32,000 nt of DNA from Ktedonobacterales bacterium (GTDB taxonomy: Bacteria > Chloroflexota > Ktedonobacteria > Ktedonobacterales > JADMIN01): positions 3,990,001 through 4,022,000 of the forward strand of contig CP126532.1 in the NCBI GenBank assembly GCA_030167145.1, in the 5' to 3' direction. The translations under genes and the position numbers were made by a program. The notes beneath the pieces are model-generated. The model made no database searches and had not been told where the DNA came from. It saw only the letters and a program-made list of their open reading frames with translations. Of this stretch, positions 8,898-18,376 are shown piece after piece (positions within the stretch are counted from its first letter, which is position 1; the number at the start of each line of letters is the position of its first letter).

Positions 8898-9644
8898 ATG
8901 TTTTCCGCACTCACCCCAGGCGAGCGTATCTGGTTGATCGCCCTGCTCGCGCTCTGGGCCGCGCTGCTCTTCGGCGGCTTTCTCTTCGGGCGGCCCCATG
9001 CCTCGCCGCCGCAGCGCATGCCCACCTGGGCGCGCCTCGGTTCGTCCCTCACACTCGCCGCCGCCGCATGGAGTTGGGTCGCCTTCGCGGGCGCGGGCAC
9101 CCCGCGCATAGTGGCGCTGCTGATCGCCATCGGCATGACGTTAGGCTGCCTGGGAGACGTGCTGCTTGCCGAGATCGCGCCGCTGGCGCAGCCGCTCATC
9201 GCCGGTATGGCCGCATTCGGCCTCGGCCACCTCGCCTATATCGCTGCGCTCATCATCGCGGGCAACGTGGACAACCTGACGGCAGTGGGCCTGCGCTGGG
9301 GTGCGCTGGCCGTATGGCTGGTCATCGGCGTCGCGGGCTGGTACGCGGTCGTCATGCGCGGCCACTCAGCAACGCTGATACAGTATGCGGCGCTACCCTA
9401 CACACTGCTGCTGGCCAGCGTCACCGGGCTGGCCTGGGGGCTGGCGCTCCAAAGCGGCGCATACTGGGCTGTGGCTGTGGGCGCGACGCTGTTTCTCGCC
9501 AGCGACCTGATCCTGGCCGCGCAAACCTTTCAAGGTCTGCGCTTCCAGATGATCGGCGACCTCATCTGGTTGACCTACGGGCCTGGCCAGATGCTGGTGG
9601 TGTATGGCATGGGCGCTGCCCTGCTCAGTATTGGCGTCCGCTAG
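8898..9644 (+). CDS. YhhN-family membrane protein (lysoplasmalogenase family)
   Basis: 248 aa with about 8 hydrophobic segments. Motifs are LGCLGDVLL, FGLGHLAYI and FLASDLILA, as in YhhN/TMEM86. GAGG lies 8 nt upstream of the ATG. Confidence 0.8.
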   Translation: MFSALTPGERIWLIALLALWAALLFGGFLFGRPHASPPQRMPTWARLGSSLTLAAAAWSWVAFAGAGTPRIVALLIAIGMTLGCLGDVLLAEIAPLAQPLIAGMAAFGLGHLAYIAALIIAGNVDNLTAVGLRWGALAVWLVIGVAGWYAVVMRGHSATLIQYAALPYTLLLASVTGLAWGLALQSGAYWAVAVGATLFLASDLILAAQTFQGLRFQMIGDLIWLTYGPGQMLVVYGMGAALLSIGVR

Positions 9645-9651
9645 TACGCGC

Positions 9652-10176
9652 CTACTGGACGAAGGCAGGTGACGAAGTAGCCGCCACTGCCGCGATGATG
9701 ATCAGGAAGACCACCAGTGCGATGATAGCCAGTGCGAACAAGCCTAGGTGAATATAGCCGACAATTAGCCCCGCTTTTGCCAGCCCTTCGCCTTGCTCCG
9801 GGGGATTGGCGCGCCGGATCTGCCCCAGCGCGATATGGCCGAAGATCACGCCCAGAATCGCGCCTACTACTGGCAGAATGATGAAACTGCCAATCGAACA
9901 GGCGAGACTGGCGATAGCCATGCCATTCGTCGAAGGCGCCATCGGCCCTGCGTAATACTGGGGATACGCGCCCTGCGGTGGCGCAGGATACGGCTGCCCG
10001 CCCACGGGATATGGTTGCGGCGCTGGTTGCGGTGGCGGCATAGCATCTGGCGGATACTCCACACCACCCGGCGGATAGCCGATGGGCTGACCACCTGCCG
10101 GTGGCGGATAGCCCTGCCCGCCTGGTGCGCCATAGGCTGGTGGTTGCGGATATGCCTGGTTTGGATCGCTTGACAT
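9652..10176 (-). CDS. DUF4190 membrane protein with a Pro/Tyr/Gly-rich N-terminus
   Basis: ORF 9652..10200. The preferred start is ATG 10176, with GGAG 7 nt upstream. The product begins MSSDPNQAYPQPPAYGAPGGQGYPPPAGG. The C-terminal part, MAIASLACSIGSFIILPVVGAILGVIFGHIALGQIRR...GEGLAKAGLIVGYIHLGL, is the DUF4190 two-TM pattern. Confidence 0.8.
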   Translation of the reverse strand: MSSDPNQAYPQPPAYGAPGGQGYPPPAGGQPIGYPPGGVEYPPDAMPPPQPAPQPYPVGGQPYPAPPQGAYPQYYAGPMAPSTNGMAIASLACSIGSFIILPVVGAILGVIFGHIALGQIRRANPPEQGEGLAKAGLIVGYIHLGLFALAIIALVVFLIIIAAVAATSSPAFVQ

Positions 10177-10414
10177 GAGTGTGCTCCTCGCTCCCGCCAT
10201 CCCCGGATCTCGTCCCGGAGTGACTTCACGTTAGAGATACGCGCAAGAACCGCAAATGACGCACCAGAAGTCACCGCTATTCCCTTCGCTACGCAAAATC
10301 TGGTATACTAAATACATCTTGATGCGATATATATAGCGTTCATCCTACGCCAGTGCTACCAACTCTGGCGCATTCTCCCCGATGGGAGGGCAGTAGCCAA
10401 CCAGGGAAAGTGGT

Positions 10415-12535
10415 ATGCATCGAAACGGAATCTCAGCGCATGAGGCGAAGGCGCTCCCGGCAAGCACCCTGCCAGAGCGCGAAGAGCGGAGACAGCTCAT
10501 CATCTTCTCGCTTGCGGGTGTCGGGCTTGGGGTGGTCGGGGCGATAGCGGCGTGGGCGCTCTATCATCTGATTAACATTTTCACCGGCCTCGCGTTTTAC
10601 CGGACCTTCACCACGAAATCGCCGCTCTATCCGCCAGCAAGCGGATTGGGTATCTGGGTCATTATCGTGCCAGTGGTGGGTGGCCTGCTCGTTGGCGTCA
10701 TGGCCAAATACGGCACCGACCGCATCCGGGGACACGGCATCCCCGAAGCCATGGAGGCTGTGCTCAAGCATAAGAGCCGCATCAGTCCCCGTGTCGCCAT
10801 CTTCAAGCCAATCTCAGCGGCCATCGCCGTCGGCACCGGCGGTCCGTTCGGCGCGGAAGGGCCGATCATTCAGACTGCCGGCGCGATTGGCTCGCTGATC
10901 GGCCAGACGATGAAGCTCAGCGCCAAAGAGCGGCGTATTCTGCTCGCCTGTGGTGGCGCGGCAGGTATGGTCGGCATCTTCAACACGCCCATCGCCGCCG
11001 TTGCGCTCGCGCTGGAACTGCTGCTCTTCGAGTTCCGCGCACGCTCGCTGATCCCCGTAATCCTGGCCAGCGCCGTCGCCGCTGCTTGCCGCACGTTCCT
11101 GCTCGGCAGCAATCCGATGTTCGCGCTCGGCACCTTTCCTTCCATTGGCGGTCCGCTCGACCTGCTCTGGTTCGTGCCGTTAGGCATCCTGATTGGCGTT
11201 TGTTCGGTTGGGCTGAGCAAGGCGCTCTACGTCGTCGAAGAATTTGTTGACCATCTGCCAATTGACCTGCTCTTCAAGCCCGCGCTGGGCGCGCTGGTGC
11301 TCGGCATCGTCGCTGTCATTCAGCCACGGGTGCTTGGCATGGGTTACGTCACCATCACGAATGTCCTGCACAACCACTTCAGCAACGCCGACCTCGCCTC
11401 GCTGGGTATCGGCAAAGCAGTCGCGGTCGTCGCCTCGCTGGGCGCGGGCACATCTGGTGGCTTGCTCGCGCCTATGCTGCTGATCGGCGCAACCATCGGC
11501 TCTGGCTATGGCCGCGCGATCAATCACGTCCTCCCTGGCGCAGGTATCAATCCCGGCATCTGCGGCATCGTCGCGATGAGCAGCCTCTTTAGCGCCGCCG
11601 CCCGTGCGCCGCTGACCTCATTCCTCTTCGCCTTCGAGCTAACCGGCGATTACAAAGCGATTCTGCCGCTGATGGTTGGCTGCATGGTCGCCGACATCGT
11701 CGCGCGCAGCCTCTCACGCGAGTCCGTCATGACGGAACGGCTCGCCCGTCGTGGGTTGAAGGTCGAGCAAGGCTATGAAGCCCGGCTGCTCCAACTGCTC
11801 TCGGTTGGCGAAGTGATGACCAAAGCCGTGATCTCGCTGCCCGCGTTCGTCACCGTGCGCGAGGCCGCGCAGGCGATTCTCGGCGAGTCCGCCGCACGTT
11901 TCCCGATTGCGGCGGGCGCGCTCTGCCTGCGCGATACCGCTCCTGGGGCAGACGCAGTCAATGCCCACGGCAACGCAAACAATGCGAGCGACGCGGACAG
12001 CGCGGACAGCGCGGACGGCGGCAGGAGTATCAGTCCGGCTATCGTGGATGCGCTGCGTCACTGGACCTTGCCGGTCGTCACTGAAGAGGGGCGGCTGAGT
12101 GGCATCGTCACCCGTGGCGAGTTGCTGGCGGCGGCCAGCGACCCCAATCTGATCGAGAAGCCCGTCGAGGAGATCGTCAATCGCCGCGTCGTAGTGGCCT
12201 ATACCGATGAGGCGCTGGATACCGCGCTGATGCGTATGCTCGAAGACGACTTCCAGCTTTTGCCCGTAGTGGACCGCGCCGACGCGACGCTCTTGCTCGG
12301 CGTACTCAGCCGTCGCGACGTGCTGCGCGCCTGGCGGCTGCGCGCAGAAGACGAAAACCGCCGTGAGCGTACCATCAGTGTGCCGCGCTGGCAGCGGTCA
12401 CGCTCGCTGGCCGAGACACGCGAGGTTGACGGCAATGCGGTGCTTATCACCACCGATGGGACATCGCAAGAAGAAGGTGATAAGGCACTCTTCGAGAAGC
12501 ACGTGGAATCCCTCTCACCCACCGACGAGCAGTGA
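10415..12535 (+). CDS. ClC-family chloride channel/antiporter with a C-terminal CBS pair
   Basis: 706 aa. Motifs are RGHGIPEAMEAVL, GAEGPIIQ (gating Glu present) and GTSGGLLAPML. The C-terminus has two CBS-like segments split by a low-complexity insert (NAHGNANNASDADSADSADGG). Confidence 0.9.
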   Translation: MHRNGISAHEAKALPASTLPEREERRQLIIFSLAGVGLGVVGAIAAWALYHLINIFTGLAFYRTFTTKSPLYPPASGLGIWVIIVPVVGGLLVGVMAKYGTDRIRGHGIPEAMEAVLKHKSRISPRVAIFKPISAAIAVGTGGPFGAEGPIIQTAGAIGSLIGQTMKLSAKERRILLACGGAAGMVGIFNTPIAAVALALELLLFEFRARSLIPVILASAVAAACRTFLLGSNPMFALGTFPSIGGPLDLLWFVPLGILIGVCSVGLSKALYVVEEFVDHLPIDLLFKPALGALVLGIVAVIQPRVLGMGYVTITNVLHNHFSNADLASLGIGKAVAVVASLGAGTSGGLLAPMLLIGATIGSGYGRAINHVLPGAGINPGICGIVAMSSLFSAAARAPLTSFLFAFELTGDYKAILPLMVGCMVADIVARSLSRESVMTERLARRGLKVEQGYEARLLQLLSVGEVMTKAVISLPAFVTVREAAQAILGESAARFPIAAGALCLRDTAPGADAVNAHGNANNASDADSADSADGGRSISPAIVDALRHWTLPVVTEEGRLSGIVTRGELLAAASDPNLIEKPVEEIVNRRVVVAYTDEALDTALMRMLEDDFQLLPVVDRADATLLLGVLSRRDVLRAWRLRAEDENRRERTISVPRWQRSRSLAETREVDGNAVLITTDGTSQEEGDKALFEKHVESLSPTDEQ

Positions 12536-12563
12536 CGTCCAGCTTTAGTATGCACCCTCAGTA

Positions 12564-12591
12564 GATAGCCTCAGCGGGAGTTGGGGCTATC
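12564..12591. terminator. hairpin between the two convergent ClC genes (possible bidirectional terminator)
   Basis: GATAGCC (12564-12570) pairs with GGCTATC (12585-12591) across a 14-nt loop. It sits in the 62-nt gap between the stops at 12535 and 12598. The stem is weak and there is no clear U-tract. Confidence 0.3.
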
Positions 12592-12597
12592 CGTTCT

Positions 12598-14505
12598 TCA
12601 TCCGCTTGGCACGCCCGTTCGCGGGTCGCGCGGCGGTGAAGATGTCCGTGCGGAGCGGAATCGCGGGAAGACGATGCGTAGCGGCAGCACGCGCTCTCGT
12701 CGCTGCTCAGCCTCCAGGTTCAGCGCGCGCGCTTGCAGCAGCGCATGCAGCGAGATCATCCCCGTCAGCGTATGCCCAGCATCGCGCTCCACCACGGGGA
12801 AGCGCGTCAGGCCTGTCTGCGCCATGCGATACACCACCACTCGCAGTGGTTCATCAGGATACGCGACCACTGGATCCGTGGTTGCCAGCGTGGCCAGTGG
12901 TCGCACAGCCGCGTCGGCAGTCGTGCGCTCCAATGCCGCGAGCAGGTCGGCGCGCGTCACCACGCCTACCAGATGCCGCGCGTCATCCACGATCGGATAG
13001 AGTGATTGGCCGCGCGGCGTTGCGCCGTCACGAATATGCTGATCCAGCTCACACAGCGGCAATTCAGCCTTCAGCGCCAGAATATTGGTGCGCATCACCT
13101 CGCGCGTGAAGAGGATTTCAAGCGGATCAGTGGCATACTCGCGGCTCAAGTGATAGCCCCGGCGGCTTACCTTCTCCGTCAGGATCGAACGGCGCAGCGT
13201 CAGCACGGTGAAGGCATGCGCGATGACCACCGCGAGCAGCAGCGGCAGCAGCACATTGACATCGTGCGTCAGTTCGATCATAAAGACGACGCCGGTGAAC
13301 GGCGAGCGCATCGTGCCGCCGAGGATCGCGCCCATGCTTATCAGCGGCCAGAAACCCACGCCCACATGCGGCAGAAACAGCGCCTCCAGCCCGCCCAGCG
13401 CGCCTCCCATCAGCAGCAGTGGCGCCAACACACCCCCCGACGTGCCTGAGCCAAGCGCAACCGCCCAGATGACCGACTTGACCAGCAGAATTCCCAGCAG
13501 CACCCCACCCGCCACAGTGACATCGAGCAGTTGCGCGATGGTATCATAGCCGACACCCAGCGCCTGCGGGAAGATCAGCCCACCGAGGCCAACGACGATG
13601 CCACCAAGCGCGGGCCACCACATCCAGTGAATCGGCAGTTTGCGAAAGGCGTCTTCCGCACCGTAGACCGAGAGCGTCAGCACCGCCGAGAGTGCGCCCG
13701 CCAGCAGTCCCACCAGCACACAACACAGCAGCGCGACTGGTCCGATGAACGCGGGGTGCGGTGGTGTGGGAAAGAGCGGCCCGAAACCAATAAGATAGCG
13801 CCGCATGATAGCCGCCGTGACACTCGCCAGCGCCACCGGCACCAAACTGCGCGGCTTCCACTCGAAGAGCAGCAACTCCACCGCCAGCAACACCGAAGCC
13901 ACTGGTGCGGCGAAGGTGGCCGACATCCCTGCCGCCGCGCCCGCCACCAGTAGCGTCTTGCGCTCAGTGCTAGTCAGCCGCAGATATTGCGCGAGCAGTG
14001 AGCCAACCGCACCACCGGTCATGATGATCGGGCCTTCCGCGCCGAACGGGCCGCCAGACCCGATGGAGATCGCTGATGAGAGCGGTTTGAGAATCGCCAC
14101 CCGTGGCTGCACCTTGCTGCCGTTGATCAGAATCGCCTCGATGGCTTCGGGGATGCCGTGGCCGCGAATGCGCTCCGAACCGTAGCGCGCCATGAATCCG
14201 ATAATCAGACCGCCCACGACCGGCACCAGTACCACGAAGATTCCAAGCGTATTGCCAGCAGGCGAAACCAGCGTCGTGCTCCAGCGATGGAAAAAGAAGA
14301 GGTTGGTGAAGAGACCGATCAGCCGCAGCAGGATCAGCGCGATGAACGCCCCCACCACACCAATGCCGATAGCCATCAGCGAGATGGGTGTCACACGCCA
14401 GGTCGTGGTGAAGTCGCCAAGCCGCTGGCTCGCCTCGTCCTTCACCACCAGGCGAGATACGAGTCGGGTACGCATACGCCACACGTCAGCAAACGATACT
14501 TTCAT
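12598..14505 (-). CDS. ClC-family chloride channel/antiporter with a C-terminal CBS pair (paralogue of 10415..12535)
   Basis: 635 aa. Motifs are RGHGIPEAIEAIL, GAEGPIIMTGG and GTSGGVLAPLLL, plus CBS-like segments (YPIVDDARHLVGVVTRADLL, FPVVERDAGHTLTGMISLHALL). Confidence 0.9.
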   Translation of the reverse strand: MKVSFADVWRMRTRLVSRLVVKDEASQRLGDFTTTWRVTPISLMAIGIGVVGAFIALILLRLIGLFTNLFFFHRWSTTLVSPAGNTLGIFVVLVPVVGGLIIGFMARYGSERIRGHGIPEAIEAILINGSKVQPRVAILKPLSSAISIGSGGPFGAEGPIIMTGGAVGSLLAQYLRLTSTERKTLLVAGAAAGMSATFAAPVASVLLAVELLLFEWKPRSLVPVALASVTAAIMRRYLIGFGPLFPTPPHPAFIGPVALLCCVLVGLLAGALSAVLTLSVYGAEDAFRKLPIHWMWWPALGGIVVGLGGLIFPQALGVGYDTIAQLLDVTVAGGVLLGILLVKSVIWAVALGSGTSGGVLAPLLLMGGALGGLEALFLPHVGVGFWPLISMGAILGGTMRSPFTGVVFMIELTHDVNVLLPLLLAVVIAHAFTVLTLRRSILTEKVSRRGYHLSREYATDPLEILFTREVMRTNILALKAELPLCELDQHIRDGATPRGQSLYPIVDDARHLVGVVTRADLLAALERTTADAAVRPLATLATTDPVVAYPDEPLRVVVYRMAQTGLTRFPVVERDAGHTLTGMISLHALLQARALNLEAEQRRERVLPLRIVFPRFRSARTSSPPRDPRTGVPSG

Positions 14506-14780
14506 GCGCCCCCCTTCGCCGCCAGAGCAGCGGCGTGGGCGGAATAGGAGCCAGCGCTACATGATCGTCGCTTTCATTCCATCTTATCACGACATAATAC
14601 GAAGGGCAAAAGGCACTCGATGCGGACTTTTGGGTGAAAAACTCTATTGTGGCTCTACGTCTATCCCATAGTACCGCTATGAGGGCGTCCTCTGAGGGCA
14701 GGCGGTATAATGGCTACCGATGCGCAGGGTGGCGCGCTATACGAAAATCGGCGCGCCAGACACGCGGAAAGGGCGATGGC

Positions 14781-16469
14781 ATGCAGTCGTGGCAGCTAGG
14801 TTCGTATGAGATAGTGCGTCAACTCGGTGAGGGCGGCATGGCGCAGGTCTACCTTGCGCGAGATGTGCGTCTGGGCCGCGAAGTCGCCATCAAAGTGCTG
14901 GACCAGCGGCTTGCCGAGCGACCCGGATTTCGCGAGCGCTATCTGCGCGAGGCGCAAGTGGCGGCGGCGCTTGATCATCCTCACATCGTTCCACTGTATG
15001 ACTTCGGCGAATCCAATGGCTTGCTTTACCTCGTCATGCCCTACCTCAGCGGCGGCAGCTTGCAGGATATGCTCCCCAAGACGCCGCTGCCCGCTGCCGA
15101 TGTCGTCACCTATGGCACTCAGATGGCCGATGCGCTCGCCTATGCGCATGAGCGCGGCGTGGTCCATCGCGACGTCAAGCCCGCCAACATGCTGTTGCAT
15201 GCGGATGGCCGTCTGATGCTCTCCGACTTCGGGCTGGCGAAAATCCTTAGCCCATCCAGCCGCCCATCAGCCCCGCGCAACCACCCCGACGCTGGCACGC
15301 CCGAATATATGGCGCCGGAGCAGATCGAAGGCCGCACCGATGAGCGTTCGGACATCTACGCGCTGGGAGTCGTACTCTATCTGTTGCTCACCGGACATCT
15401 CCCCTTCGCCGCACCAACCTCCAGCGCGGTCATGGAAGGCCATCTGTTTCGCCTGCCCGAAGAGCCGCGCCGGCTGAATCCAGGTATTTCTCCCGCGATG
15501 CAGACCGTCATCTTGCAGGCGATGGCAAAGCATCCAGCAGATCGCTTTCAGCGTGTCACCGAGCTAGGCGCGGCGCTGCTGAGCGCGCTCGTGGCGGGCG
15601 ATGCCGAGCCGCTGCCATTTCTGCTCAGCAACCCCACCCCTGCGCCACTGAATCCCCCAACGCCCGTCACTGTGGTGCAGATGACGCCACCGACGGTTGA
15701 CGACATCACCGCACCAGCGACAGGCGAGCCGCACGAGCAGCGCAAGGTAACTGCGCCGCGCATGCCCGCGATCAATCCCGACGCCCTCCCCAGATTGGAC
15801 CGCGTCGTGCCCGTCGCCGCTCCCGTACATGAGCCGCGCCAATCACTGGCATCAGCGCCGCCAGCGTCACCAGTGTCGCCGCTGCCTCATCACGTCACCG
15901 TCGCGCCACAGTACCAGGGCAATGGTCTACTACCAGCCCAACCCGCACCAGCCTCACCAGTATTCCCGGTCGCGGCGTTGCCACCCATGGGCAGCCCGCC
16001 GATGCCGCTGTCTCCCGCGTCTTCCGGCCAGCATGGCGGGATCATGACGCCACAAGCCTACTCGCCCCAGCGCGGCCTGCCCTCACAATCGGGCTATCCC
16101 GCGCAATCCGGTCATCCCGCGCAGTCGGGCTATCCCGCGCAGTCGGGCGTGCCATCATCACACTCGGGATCGGGAGTGTTCCCACAGCCGGGCTATGGCC
16201 AGCCCTTCGCACATGCGCTGCCCGCCATGCTGGACGACACTCGCCAGACAGGCCCACATGCGGCGTCCGTTATGGCGCCTCCGCCGCGCCCCATTGAGCG
16301 CCAAGGCTCGAAGGTGTGGCTGGCGCTGCTTGTCATCATTCTCGCGGTGGCGCTACTCGGTCTGATAGCGGCGCTGGTCGAACATCTGATGCAGATTCAG
16401 GCGCAGTCATTCGTTGCGCCCCATCAGGCGCTCGCCACGCTCCATACTATCGCCGCAAGATTCCTATGA
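14781..16469 (+). CDS. Hanks-type Ser/Thr protein kinase with a Pro-rich linker and a C-terminal TM anchor
   Basis: ORF 14634..16469. The preferred start is ATG 14781 (MQSWQLGSYEIVRQLGEGGMAQVY), with GGAAAGGG upstream. Motifs are VAIK, HRDVKPANMLL, SDFGLAK and YMAPEQ. The TM segment is VWLALLVIILAVALLGLIAALV. Confidence 0.9.
   Translation: MQSWQLGSYEIVRQLGEGGMAQVYLARDVRLGREVAIKVLDQRLAERPGFRERYLREAQVAAALDHPHIVPLYDFGESNGLLYLVMPYLSGGSLQDMLPKTPLPAADVVTYGTQMADALAYAHERGVVHRDVKPANMLLHADGRLMLSDFGLAKILSPSSRPSAPRNHPDAGTPEYMAPEQIEGRTDERSDIYALGVVLYLLLTGHLPFAAPTSSAVMEGHLFRLPEEPRRLNPGISPAMQTVILQAMAKHPADRFQRVTELGAALLSALVAGDAEPLPFLLSNPTPAPLNPPTPVTVVQMTPPTVDDITAPATGEPHEQRKVTAPRMPAINPDALPRLDRVVPVAAPVHEPRQSLASAPPASPVSPLPHHVTVAPQYQGNGLLPAQPAPASPVFPVAALPPMGSPPMPLSPASSGQHGGIMTPQAYSPQRGLPSQSGYPAQSGHPAQSGYPAQSGVPSSHSGSGVFPQPGYGQPFAHALPAMLDDTRQTGPHAASVMAPPPRPIERQGSKVWLALLVIILAVALLGLIAALVEHLMQIQAQSFVAPHQALATLHTIAARFL
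16086..16157 (+). repeat. 4 tandem copies of an 18-bp unit inside the kinase linker (QSGYPA repeats)
   Basis: The four copies are caatcgggctatcccgcg, caatccggtcatcccgcg, cagtcgggctatcccgcg and cagtcgggcgtgccatca, read directly. Confidence 0.9.
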
Positions 16470-16495
16470 TGCGCCCGCGCGCATAATACGGCAGA

Positions 16496-16924
16496 CTACA
16501 GCAGGCCAATCCCAGGCCAGCCAGTCAGCTCGCGGGCCAGTGCCAGGAAATCATCAAGCTCGAAGGGCTTGAGCACCAGGTGTGCGCCCATCGCATCAAG
16601 CTCGCTCTTCTCGTGGACAAGACTTGGCAGGCTCATCCCCGTCAGCAAAATTGCTTCAGGCGCTTCTTTCGCCTGCTTGCGCAGTTCGCGTATCAGATCC
16701 ACTCCACCACGATCGCTGCCCCGCAGCCGCAGATCACTGACGAGCAACTGCGCCGGCTGTGTACGGAACGTCGCACGCGCGGATTCCGCGGTGGGGCAAG
16801 CCGTCACCCGAAAGCCATCCTCCTGCAGCGCCGATTCCAACACATAGCGTGTGTTCTCGTCATCCTCGACCAGGACCACATGTGGCGGCAAACTCGATGT
16901 ATGTGCCGATGGGTGCTGTGGCAT
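16496..16924 (-). CDS. single-domain response regulator (CheY-like receiver)
   Basis: 142 aa: VVLVEDDENTRYVLESALQEDGFRV...LLVSDLRLRG...ILLTGMS...LVLKPFELD. The receiver acidic pocket, the phospho-acceptor Asp context and a conserved Lys are present. Confidence 0.85.
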   Translation of the reverse strand: MPQHPSAHTSSLPPHVVLVEDDENTRYVLESALQEDGFRVTACPTAESARATFRTQPAQLLVSDLRLRGSDRGGVDLIRELRKQAKEAPEAILLTGMSLPSLVHEKSELDAMGAHLVLKPFELDDFLALARELTGWPGIGLL

Positions 16925-17142
16925 CCGATTCGCTCCGCATCTCTGTGAGCGCCGCGCGAGCGGCTCATGTTCCTTCCTCGGTGTAGCATGCAGTGTAGCA
17001 CACAGGCGAAAACCGCCGCAAATACGGGCGAATGCCTGTGTACGACATGATGCAGTGATATCCCGCAGAAGCGATGCCGATCTACAACTTGAGCTTGTGT
17101 GCCGCTGCGCGCCCGCTCTATGGCTTGCTCGTGGCGCATCAG

Positions 17143-18357
17143 TTACTCAAATAGCCGTAGCAGAGCATCTCGCATGCGTTCCGCATCGCCCGCGAGATTC
17201 ACGCGGAATCCCACCCACTCCACGCTCTTGTGGCAGAAGTATGACGAGTCCATCAGCAACACGCCCGCGCTCCGGGCGAGCGTCCTGCTATCAAGCCTGG
17301 GCATCCGATGGCGGGGCAGCGCGGCCAGCATGTAGGGGCCGGAGTCTACCGGCGAGAGCGTAAAGCCTATCCCATGCAAGGCCTCCGTGAAAACCAGGCG
17401 ATTGCGGCGCAGCCGTGCCACCACGCCGCCGCGCCACTGAAGCATCGCCCCATTCCGCCCAGTGCGCGCCTCTTCCAGCCAGTCGCGCCAGCAATCCAGA
17501 TACGCCAGCGCCACCGCCTCACCGTTGCCCGCGCTTGAGCCGATGAGTGCGTCGCCCAGCCGCTCTACCGCGCGCACCACTTCTGGCGCGCCCAGCAGCA
17601 CGCTCGTCTTCAACCCATTGAGAAAGAAAAGTTTGCTTGGCGAGCGCAGCGCCACCACCTGATCGCTATACTCAGCGGCATACCACGGCAGCGGCGTGTC
17701 CCAGTTCAACCCCAATCGCGTCTCATCCAGCAGGACGTAGGCCGAGTACGGCAACGCAGCGCAGAGCCGCCTGATCGTCTCCCATCCATACTCCACGCCC
17801 AGTGAGAACGCCGGATTGGTCAGCAGTAGCGCTGCCCGACCTCCGCGCATCGCCCGCACAATCCGCTCGCTATCCAGCGCGCCGGTGATGAAGTCGCGCG
17901 CCGGAACCACCTCAATTGCCAGCTCAAGGTGGCGGCACACCTCAGCCACTGCGTAGTAACACGGCGCAGCCACCACCACCCGCTCGACCCCGCGCTCCTT
18001 GAGCGCGCAGAGCGCCAGCAGCAACCCTTGTGTGCTGTTCTGCAAGATTGCCACCCGCTCTGGCGTCACTGGCGCGCCGCCATGCCGGATCGTCGCGCCG
18101 AAGACCTCAGCCGCTTGCTGCTTCGCAAGCGCAAAATCTCTGGCGTAGGCATACCCCGCCAATCGCGGACGCAGCGCACGCAGCCTGCGCACCAGCGTGG
18201 GCGGCGGGGCTATCTGTTTATCCTCAACCTCCCAACCGCTCACGTTGACCGCCGCGCGCCCCGTCTCGGCCTCGTACTCGCGCATCGCGGCCACCACCGG
18301 CCCGAAGTCACCAGCAAGACATCCGCTCGTCTCGATCATCTGTTGCTCATCTACCAC
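17143..18357 (-). CDS. class I/II (fold type I) PLP-dependent aminotransferase
   Basis: ORF 17143..18384. Motifs are NSTQGLLLAL, LLLTNPAFSLG, VLLDETRLG and RSPSKLFFLNGLK (Schiff-base Lys context). The preferred start is GTG 18357, with GGGGGAG 8 nt upstream. The listed start, TTG 18384, overlaps the upstream gene by 8 nt. ATG 18339 is also possible. Confidence 0.8.
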   Translation of the reverse strand: MVDEQQMIETSGCLAGDFGPVVAAMREYEAETGRAAVNVSGWEVEDKQIAPPPTLVRRLRALRPRLAGYAYARDFALAKQQAAEVFGATIRHGGAPVTPERVAILQNSTQGLLLALCALKERGVERVVVAAPCYYAVAEVCRHLELAIEVVPARDFITGALDSERIVRAMRGGRAALLLTNPAFSLGVEYGWETIRRLCAALPYSAYVLLDETRLGLNWDTPLPWYAAEYSDQVVALRSPSKLFFLNGLKTSVLLGAPEVVRAVERLGDALIGSSAGNGEAVALAYLDCWRDWLEEARTGRNGAMLQWRGGVVARLRRNRLVFTEALHGIGFTLSPVDSGPYMLAALPRHRMPRLDSRTLARSAGVLLMDSSYFCHKSVEWVGFRVNLAGDAERMRDALLRLFE

Positions 18358-18376
18358 GCAAGTTACTCCCCCCGAA

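Noticed and set aside
8864-9751. 295-aa ORF overlapping the YhhN gene in another frame
   Set aside because: It is an Arg/Ala/His-rich off-frame reading. The 8898..9644 frame gives a coherent multi-TM YhhN protein with family motifs.
10201-10414. Possible fluoride or other riboswitch in the ClC leader, including the CTCCC-CGAT-GGGAG hairpin at 10375-10388
   Set aside because: There is no match to the crcB-motif core as I remember it. The hairpin is only 5 bp, and its GGGAG arm is 25 nt from the ATG, too far to be the functional SD.
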